Source: Myxococcota bacterium (GTDB lineage Bacteria > Myxococcota_C > UBA6777). Taken from it: a stretch of DNA of 25,114 nucleotides. Each line of letters opens with the position of its first letter. Positions within the stretch are counted from its first letter, which is position 1. The notes under the pieces are model-generated. The model had not been told where the DNA came from. It saw only the letters and a program-made list of their open reading frames with translations, and made no database searches. Shown piece after piece: positions 18,571-25,114 of this stretch. The translations under genes were made by a program, and so were the position numbers. The DNA lies in contig JAKLKB010000007.1 in NCBI GenBank assembly GCA_023150835.1, positions 62,001-87,114 on the forward strand, in the 5' to 3' direction.

Positions 18571-19359
18571 ATGAAAACCTATACAAAAGAAAGCTTGATT
18601 CAGGAATTACAACAAATTCGGGAAATTGGATGGCACGAAAGTATCAGAACAGGAAAAGGCAGAAATGATGGATCTGTGGGGAATACCTTAGAACAGCTTT
18701 TGGGAATAGAAGAAAATAACCTGCCTATCCCCAACGCTTCTGAGTGGGAGCTAAAAGCCCAAAGAATCAACACTAGCAGCCTTACAACATTGTTCCATAT
18801 GGAGCCTTCGCCTAGAGCTTTAAAATTCATTCCTTCTATTCTTTTGCCTATTTATGGTTGGGAACATCAAGAAGCTGGTGAGAAACATTCGAAAGCAGAA
18901 AAAAGCTTCCGCCAAACAATTAACGCGAATAGCTTTTCTAGTAGAGGCTTTTCTGTGTTTGTGAATAGAGAGGAAGAAAAAATAGAAATTATATTTGATT
19001 CTGAACGTGTTGATGAATCGCATCAGGGATGGCTGAGTGAAGTGATTGAAAAAGGAGGAAAAACACTTCCAGAAACTCCATATTGGGGATTCAAAGACAT
19101 TTTTCACAAAGTAGGCTCTAAACTCCATAATTGCTTTTTTATACAAGCTGAATCAAAGCAAGAAAATAATAAAGAATATTTTTATTATAAAAATATTTTA
19201 ATGTTGAAAAACATTTCTTTAGAAAAATTTATTGATGCAATAGAAAGTGGTTATCTATATATTGATTTTGATGCTCGTACTGGCCATAATCATGGAACAA
19301 AATTTCGTATACGAGAGAAAAGTATTCCCGATTTATACGAGACCTCGATCTCTTATTAA
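18571..19359 (+). CDS. MvaI/BcnI family restriction endonuclease
   Basis: GSVGNTLEQLLGIEENN..IPN..EWELKA, TTLFHMEP and IDFDARTGHNHGTKFRI motifs. Starts 1 nt after the MTase stop. Confidence 0.9.
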   Translation: MKTYTKESLIQELQQIREIGWHESIRTGKGRNDGSVGNTLEQLLGIEENNLPIPNASEWELKAQRINTSSLTTLFHMEPSPRALKFIPSILLPIYGWEHQEAGEKHSKAEKSFRQTINANSFSSRGFSVFVNREEEKIEIIFDSERVDESHQGWLSEVIEKGGKTLPETPYWGFKDIFHKVGSKLHNCFFIQAESKQENNKEYFYYKNILMLKNISLEKFIDAIESGYLYIDFDARTGHNHGTKFRIREKSIPDLYETSISY

Positions 19360-19430
19360 AGCAAGTTCTTTTGAGTTTCAAACATTCTATCGTTGTCCTC
19401 ATCCCACCAAATATTCCAACGTACTCTGCT

Positions 19431-19462
19431 CCCCAAACCTCGCGCCCTTTGGGAGGTGAATA
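19431..19462. repeat. Island 32-bp repeat, copy D
   Basis: CCCCAAACCTCGCGCCCTTTGGGAGGTGAATA, 24/32 to copy A. Nearby TGTGTCGGTCTTTCCAAA (~19564) matches TGCGTCGGTCTTTCCGAA (~16556). Confidence 0.6.
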
Positions 19463-19719
19463 TCTCACATCTCATTGTTTCTGCAATTTCAAACACTTAC
19501 CACAACGCTAAAGCAAAAAGTTTGAGCATTTAGGCTCGCCACAGCGAGTGAAGATTCATCGATTGTGTCGGTCTTTCCAAATATTTCAAACGAATCACCA
19601 AAAGTCTTTGAATATTAAGCAGCTACAAAAATCTTGCTAAAACCTCTTGATTTTTGTTGTGCGTCTTGTAAATTTTATGTTTCAACTTTTGCCACCCTGA
19701 CAGCGAGGCTTGTTGCACG

Positions 19720-20823
19720 TTGATATTGTCAAAACAAATTTCTCTATTTGAGCAACCAGCAGAACAAGTTTCTGTGAAAGACTTTTCACAACCGTCTTCT
19801 AAAAAGTTTCCAAAAACGCGGTACCAAGGAAGCAAATACAAACTGTTGCCGTGGTTAAAAGAAAATTTGGAACGAATTGATTTTGCAACAGTTTTGGACG
19901 CATTTGGAGGAACAGGTTCCGTTTCATTCCTCTTCAAACAGATGGGAAAAACAGTTTACTACAACGATATACTGCAATTTAATTTTCTTACTGGAAAAGC
20001 TCTCATCGAAAACAACATTGAAACGTTGAACACAAACGACATTTCTCTTTTGGTATCGAAAGATGCTAATTTCTCTTATTTAAACTTTATAGAATCGACA
20101 TTTCCGGACATTTACTACACAAACGAAGAGAATCAATGGCTTGATATTTTACTGCAAAATATTTCAAAATTAAAAAACGAATACAAACAAGCTCTTGCTT
20201 TTTGGGCATTATTTCAATCATGTATTATCAAACGACCTTACAACCTCTTTCATAGAAAAAATTTGTATGTTCGAACCTCTGAGGTAAAAAGATCTTTTGG
20301 AAACAAAAAAACTTGGGATACTCCTTTTGAGCAGCATTTTTTCAAGTTTATAAAAGAAGCGAATCAAGCGATACTTGATAACAAAAAACGAAACAAAGCC
20401 TACAACCAAGACGCCCAACAATTAAACCTTTCCCCTGATTTAGTATATATTGATCCTCCTTATATTCCAGCAAAAGGCACATTAACTTTCTATCGAGACT
20501 TCTATCATTTTTTGGAAGGAATGACTGACTATCATAATTGGCCAAAATATATTGATTTTGAATCGAAACATAAAAAACTTTTTTCGATTTCTTCACCTTG
20601 GGAGAATAAAGAGAATATCACTTTCGCATTCAAGGAACTTCTCGAAAAATATAAAGATTCTATCCTCGCAATTTCTTATCGAATTGATGGGATTCCTAGT
20701 ATCGAAGAAATAAAAAAAGCATTATCCTATTTAAATAAAAAGGTGACTGTACAAGAAATCGACTACAAATACGTTCTGTCTACAAAAAGCGACAGCAAAG
20801 AAGTACTCATCATCGCGGAGTAA
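19720..20823 (+). CDS. D12-class (alpha group) N6-adenine DNA methyltransferase
   Basis: RYQGSKYKLL, VLDAFGGTGSVS, YND and DLVYIDPPY motifs. TTG start is uncertain. Confidence 0.92.
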   Translation: MILSKQISLFEQPAEQVSVKDFSQPSSKKFPKTRYQGSKYKLLPWLKENLERIDFATVLDAFGGTGSVSFLFKQMGKTVYYNDILQFNFLTGKALIENNIETLNTNDISLLVSKDANFSYLNFIESTFPDIYYTNEENQWLDILLQNISKLKNEYKQALAFWALFQSCIIKRPYNLFHRKNLYVRTSEVKRSFGNKKTWDTPFEQHFFKFIKEANQAILDNKKRNKAYNQDAQQLNLSPDLVYIDPPYIPAKGTLTFYRDFYHFLEGMTDYHNWPKYIDFESKHKKLFSISSPWENKENITFAFKELLEKYKDSILAISYRIDGIPSIEEIKKALSYLNKKVTVQEIDYKYVLSTKSDSKEVLIIAE

Positions 20824-20829
20824 AGAGAT

Positions 20830-20871
20830 GGGCTCATGTTGTGTTAAGACCTCAAAACACAACATGAGCCC
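20830..20871. terminator. Perfect 16-bp stem hairpin after the D12 MTase
   Basis: GGGCTCATGTTGTGTT-aagacctcaa-AACACAACATGAGCCC. No clear U-tract, so the terminator role is tentative. Confidence 0.5.
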
Positions 20872-20977
20872 CTTGCAAAACAACAAGGCGGTTATTCTAG
20901 GTTTCTCTTTATCAATTGCGTCGCTCCTATGGAAAAAGCACTTGCGTTCCTCCTGACCGCGTGCTATCTCTTCACTT

Positions 20978-21009
20978 ACCGAACGGTCAGTTTTAAGAGA
21001 CCGACTGGT
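20978..21009. promoter_or_regulatory. Candidate tandem TetR operators
   Basis: ACCGAACGGT (20978-20987) and ACCGACTGGT (21000-21009), 22 bp apart, just upstream of the TetR gene. Confidence 0.55.
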
Positions 21010-21046
21010 TAATACACAACGAAGCATATGAAAACAAAAGGAGATC

Positions 21047-21694
21047 GTGTTGTCAGGAGACGCACGAGAGCAAGTGATCAAGATCGCGATGCGATGTTTT
21101 GCGGCCCAAGGATACGAAGGGACTTCACTACAGTGGATCGCCGAAGAGATGGGTGTGACGAAGTCTGCGATCTTGCATCATTTTTCGAGCAAAGAGCAGT
21201 TGCGGATGGCGGTATTGTCGTCGATCTTGGCGCATTGGAAAGAGACATTACCTCGGGTGCTGTTGGCGGCGACGGCGGCGAGTCGGCGTTTTGATGCGGT
21301 ATTTGATGCGTTGTACAGTTTTTTTTCGGAAGATCCGGATCGTGCGAAGTTGATCTTGCGCGAGACGATGGATCGCCCGGAAGAGACGAAGGTGTTGTTG
21401 CGAGAGCAAGTGCGGACGTGGCTGGATGTGATCGCGGCCTATATTCGGGAAGGTCAAGAAAAAGGCCGGCATCATGGGGACGTGGATGCGGATCTGTACG
21501 TATTTTTGATCTTGCGCTGCGTGTTGGCCGTCACAGCTTCGGTCGGATTATCCGAGGCTTTGTACGGATCTGACGCCGCACAACGCCAAGCCCGCGAGAT
21601 GGCGCGTATCGCCAAGATCAGCCTGTTTCGCCAAGCCGACGAAAGCGAACGCGAGAACACATACGCCAAAGGGCGCGAGGTCGATCCGCCGTAG
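21047..21694 (+). CDS. TetR/AcrR family transcriptional regulator
   Basis: A..CFAAQGYEGTSLQWIAEEMGVTKSAILHHFSSKEQL HTH. AGGAGA RBS; start is GTG 21047 or TTG 21050. Confidence 0.95.
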   Translation: MLSGDAREQVIKIAMRCFAAQGYEGTSLQWIAEEMGVTKSAILHHFSSKEQLRMAVLSSILAHWKETLPRVLLAATAASRRFDAVFDALYSFFSEDPDRAKLILRETMDRPEETKVLLREQVRTWLDVIAAYIREGQEKGRHHGDVDADLYVFLILRCVLAVTASVGLSEALYGSDAAQRQAREMARIAKISLFRQADESERENTYAKGREVDPP

Positions 21695-21720
21695 AGGCGT
21701 ATTGAGGATGTCCAAGGTTG

Positions 21721-21844
21721 AAAAACGCCGTGTTCACGGCCTTTGGAGATAGCGGCGTGGTTGGTTTGAAAAACGCCCGTTCACCCCAACAATATGGGGT
21801 CAAGGGAGCCGCGCTTCCTTGCGGGGCGTGGGGCAGCGCCCCAC
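21721..21844 (-). repeat. Module X copy between tetR and acyl-CoA dehydrogenase
   Basis: CCGTGTTCAC...TTTGAAAAACGC...GGGGTCAAGGG...CTTGCGGGGCGTGGGGCAGCGCCCCAC. Confidence 0.85.
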
Positions 21845-21875
21845 AAAAGTAAAGTAAAGAAGAAAGGATTGATCG

Positions 21876-23789
21876 ATGGCGAATTTTTATACAGATAATG
21901 AAGACTTACTCTTTTATATGCGAGATGGTGTGGATTGGGCCTCGCTGGTGGAGATTACCGAGTACGGATTCCGGACTGCGGAGGGCTACAAGGATGTGAA
22001 AGAGGCGTTGGCGTCTTACCACGAGATCGCCGAGATGGTGGGGGATTTGATTGGGAACGAGTTGGCCCCACGTGCGGCCAAGATCGACGCCGAGCATCCG
22101 AGCGTGAAAGATGGCGAAGTGGTCGAAGGTCGAGCGATGCGGGATATCTTCAAAAAGATGCGCGAAGCAGAGTTGCATCGTTTGTGCTTGCCGCGAGAGT
22201 TGGGGGGATTGAATGCCCCGCTGATGGTGTATTTTTTATGTGGCGAGATGATCGCACGTGCGGATGTTTCGTCGATGACGCACTTCTCTTTTCATGGTGG
22301 GATGGGGCTTGCGATGTTGGCCTTTTCGATCCACGAAGGCACGACGCGATTTGATACAAAGCAAGCCCAGATCGCACAAACGCGCTTTGAAAAAGAGATC
22401 GAAGAGATCGCCAGCGGCAAAGCGTGGGGCTGTATGGATATCACAGAGCCCGACGCAGGTTCGGATATGGCGAAGTTGCGCGCACGAGCCGAACAAGATG
22501 CCGAAGGGAATTGGTACATCACGGGACAAAAGATCTTTATCACTTCGGGGCATGGGAAATATCACTTTGTGATCGCACGAACCGAACCCGCCGCACGCGA
22601 AGAAGATACATTTGCCGGACTCAAGGGGCTTTCGATGTTTCTGGTCAAAGCCTATGAAGACTTGCCGGGTGGCAAGCGCGAGCGGTATGTGACCATTGAG
22701 CGCGTCGAAGAAAAGCTCGGACATAACGGCTCTGTGACGGCTGCGCTGTCGTTTGAACGCACACCTGCGGCGTTGATCGGCAAGCGCGGTGAGGGCTTTC
22801 GCTATATGCTCACGTTGATGAACAATGCACGAGTCGGCGTAGGATTCGAGAGCATCGGCCTGATGGAAGCGGCGTATCGGATGGCTTGCGCCTATGCAGA
22901 AGAACGCCATTCGATGGGCAAAGCCATCGGACGTCACGAGATGATCGCCGATTATCTGGACGAGATGAAAACAGATCTCCAAGCGATCCGCGCTCTTTGC
23001 GTCACCGCAGCCTACCACGAAGAGATGTCGCAAAAGCTCCGTTTGCTCGAACGTTTCGGCGAAGAGATGAGCGAGTCCGAACGTCAGCGCGTGCGCAAAG
23101 ATCAACCACGCCACCAACGCATGGCCCGCCGCCTGACCCCCTTGCTCAAATACATCGCCGCAGAAAAGGCCGTCGATCATGCCCGTCGTGCCGTACAGAT
23201 ACATGGCGGAGTTGGATACACCCGCGAATACGGTGCAGAAAAGCTCCTGCGCGATGCGATGGTGCTTCCGATCTACGAAGGGACCAGCCAGATCCAATCC
23301 TTGATGGCGATGAAAGACACGCTCACGGGCATCTTGCAACACCCCCGCGAATTTGTCACACGCCAAGCCAAAGCCCGACTTCAATCCATCTCCGCCGAAG
23401 ATACGCTTGTTCGGCGTGTCGCCAAGATCCAAGTGTTGTCCTTGTCAGCCCAACAGCACTTGATGACACGCACGATCTTCGCGAAGCTCAAGCAACTTCC
23501 TGAAAAGCCCTTCTCAGCGTGGTTTGAGACGCTCTCCAAAGACTGGGATCCCAAGCGAGACTTTGCGATGGCAATGCTTCATGCCGAACGACTGACGCGG
23601 ATCTTGACCGATGAAGCGATCTGCGAAGTCTTGCTCGAACAAAGTCAAAAACACACCCAACGCCGCGCCCTGCTCTCGGCATGGTTGGATCGCGCAGAGA
23701 CCCGATGCCGCGGGCTTTACGACGAGATCGTTTCGCTCGGAGAAGACCACCTCGCACGCTTGCAAGGCCAAGATCGGGAGGCTCAATGA
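21876..23789 (+). CDS. Acyl-CoA dehydrogenase family protein
   Basis: ITEPDAGSD, ITGQKIFITSG, EEKLG, MNNAR, VQIHGGVGY..EY..EKLLRDA...PIYEGTSQIQ. Confidence 0.96.
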   Translation: MANFYTDNEDLLFYMRDGVDWASLVEITEYGFRTAEGYKDVKEALASYHEIAEMVGDLIGNELAPRAAKIDAEHPSVKDGEVVEGRAMRDIFKKMREAELHRLCLPRELGGLNAPLMVYFLCGEMIARADVSSMTHFSFHGGMGLAMLAFSIHEGTTRFDTKQAQIAQTRFEKEIEEIASGKAWGCMDITEPDAGSDMAKLRARAEQDAEGNWYITGQKIFITSGHGKYHFVIARTEPAAREEDTFAGLKGLSMFLVKAYEDLPGGKRERYVTIERVEEKLGHNGSVTAALSFERTPAALIGKRGEGFRYMLTLMNNARVGVGFESIGLMEAAYRMACAYAEERHSMGKAIGRHEMIADYLDEMKTDLQAIRALCVTAAYHEEMSQKLRLLERFGEEMSESERQRVRKDQPRHQRMARRLTPLLKYIAAEKAVDHARRAVQIHGGVGYTREYGAEKLLRDAMVLPIYEGTSQIQSLMAMKDTLTGILQHPREFVTRQAKARLQSISAEDTLVRRVAKIQVLSLSAQQHLMTRTIFAKLKQLPEKPFSAWFETLSKDWDPKRDFAMAMLHAERLTRILTDEAICEVLLEQSQKHTQRRALLSAWLDRAETRCRGLYDEIVSLGEDHLARLQGQDREAQ

Positions 23790-23859
23790 TCTCTCTGAAC
23801 GATACACAAACGCCGATCAATCAGCCTTTTCCAGCAAGACTTCAAACGGGAGGTGCGGG

Positions 23860-24849
23860 ATGAGATGGTCTTATTTGCAGCATCTTGGGAGCCAATGGCC
23901 CGTCATCCGAGCGATGGGCCTTGCTGTGCTTTCTGGAGCCAAAAGCCACTCGACGCAAGATCCCGAAACACCCGGACCTTGGTTCGAGGCTACGCTTCCC
24001 CCTCGAAGCGAAAAGCTGCTTCAAGATATCGTCCGTTGGTCTGGGGGAGATCCTTCGGTGTATCGGGGCATCACACCCGCATATCTGTTTCCGCAATGGA
24101 GTTTTCCCCTCGTCACCGAAGCCATGCGCACACTGCCCTATCCGCTCACACGCATCCTGAATGCGGGCTGCCTCTTGCGCTTCCACGCCGCCTTGCCTGC
24201 AAACCAACCGCTGCGATGCCGCACACGACTTCTCCAGATCGAACCCACCCCCAAAGGAAAGCGCTTTACAGTCGAGATCGAAACAGGCACAACCGAGACA
24301 CCCCAAGCCCTGTACGCGGCGTTGCAAACATTCTTGCCCCATCCGAAAACAGCGCAAGACAAAGACAAACATCACAAAGAAAACACCGAGAAAAACATCG
24401 AGAAAAAAGAGTCTTTGCGTGTTCCTCTCGATGCACGAGAGATCCATTTTTTAGATCTCAAGGCCGATGCAGGAACCAACTTTGCTCTATTGACGGGCGA
24501 TATCAACCCGATCCACTGGTTGCCCTTGTACGCCAAGATCGCGGGATTTTCACGGTGCATCTTGCACGGATTCGGAACCCTTGCCCTCACCTACGAAGCC
24601 CTTCATCGCAACTTATTGTCGGGCAAGACCGATGCCTTGCAAGAGCTTGAAGTGCGCTTCCGTAAGCCGCTCACTCTCCCCAAACGTGTCGGGATCTACA
24701 CCAACGAAGCACAAGAGCTCTTTGTCGGCGATGCACCCGGTGGAACGGTCTATCTACAAGGCCGCTTTTCCATGAAACCCACCGAACCTTCGACATCTTC
24801 GACATCTTCGACATCTTCGACATCTTCGGAAATACCCGATGCTTCGTAA
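23860..24849 (+). CDS. MaoC-type double hot-dog (R)-enoyl-CoA hydratase/dehydratase
   Basis: FALLTGDINPIHW...A..AGF..CILHG hydratase-2 motif. ATG 23860 follows GGGAGG. Confidence 0.88.
   Translation: MRWSYLQHLGSQWPVIRAMGLAVLSGAKSHSTQDPETPGPWFEATLPPRSEKLLQDIVRWSGGDPSVYRGITPAYLFPQWSFPLVTEAMRTLPYPLTRILNAGCLLRFHAALPANQPLRCRTRLLQIEPTPKGKRFTVEIETGTTETPQALYAALQTFLPHPKTAQDKDKHHKENTEKNIEKKESLRVPLDAREIHFLDLKADAGTNFALLTGDINPIHWLPLYAKIAGFSRCILHGFGTLALTYEALHRNLLSGKTDALQELEVRFRKPLTLPKRVGIYTNEAQELFVGDAPGGTVYLQGRFSMKPTEPSTSSTSSTSSTSSEIPDAS
24788..24828 (+). repeat. 9-bp in-frame tandem repeat (CTTCGACAT x4.5) encoding (SST)n tail
   Basis: Read directly from the sequence. Confidence 0.9.
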
Positions 24850-24865
24850 TCACCCAATTTTCCCC

Positions 24866-24977
24866 CCGTGTTTGTGCAAGTTCAAGCGGTGCGGAGGTTT
24901 GTTTGAAAAGCAATGATCACCCCGCCGATACGGGGTCAAGGGGGCCGCGACCCCTTGCGGGGTGTGGGGCGTTGCCC
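24866..24977 (-). repeat. Module X copy, terminal hairpin interrupted by the MITE
   Basis: CCGTGTTTG...TTCAAGCGG...GGGGTCAAGGGG...CCTTGCGGGGTGTGGGGCGTTGCCC. Confidence 0.85.
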
Positions 24978-25114
24978 CATACGCGCTAGGTTAAGCGCTT
25001 GTTGGCCCCCCCACCCCAGCCCTCCCCCGTGAACAGGGGAGGGAGCGAAAGTCGGAAGCAGCGGGGATTTTGTTTTTTCATGACGCACGCTGTTTGCACG
25101 AGACGCAGACGCTG
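24978..25114. mobile_element. Second copy of the MITE, truncated by the window end
   Basis: Reverse complement of 9218-9354 with 4 mismatches in 137 nt. TIR CATACGCGCTAGGTTAAG, preceded by GGGCGTTGCCC. Confidence 0.82.

Noticed and set aside
19720-20823. Naming the D12 MTase dam and attributing the GATC excess to it
   Set aside because: It is longer than typical Dam, its specificity cannot be read from sequence, and it sits on an apparently recent island.
15420-20900. Integron, prophage or ICE
   Set aside because: No integrase, tRNA target, complete attC sites or flanking att direct repeats were found.
23611-23859. N-terminal extension of the MaoC ORF
   Set aside because: Overlaps the acyl-CoA dehydrogenase; ATG 23860 has a good RBS.

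Overview
Bacterial chromosomal window. The core is moderately GC-rich; an AgmX/PglI-type domain suggests a Myxococcota-like host (inference). It contains a minus-strand MoxR-DUF58-BatA/VWA-VWA operon, murJ, a Cys-rich lipoprotein, a TPR protein, a MATE exporter and a TetR / acyl-CoA dehydrogenase / MaoC cluster. An AT-richer accessory island (~15.4-20.9 kb) carries an M15 peptidase, a truncated YeeC-like GIY-YIG gene, an EVE-domain / SPPY methyltransferase / MvaI-BcnI endonuclease operon and an orphan D12 adenine methyltransferase. The island is punctuated by its own 32-bp hairpin repeat. Core intergenic spaces hold modular palindromic repeats (six X modules, three GTAG-REP Y modules). Two of them have been hit by an IS186/IS231-like MITE at GGG(N5)CCC. 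A by-eye scan found no CCWGG site in the 25 kb. All calls come from reading the sequence; no searches were run.
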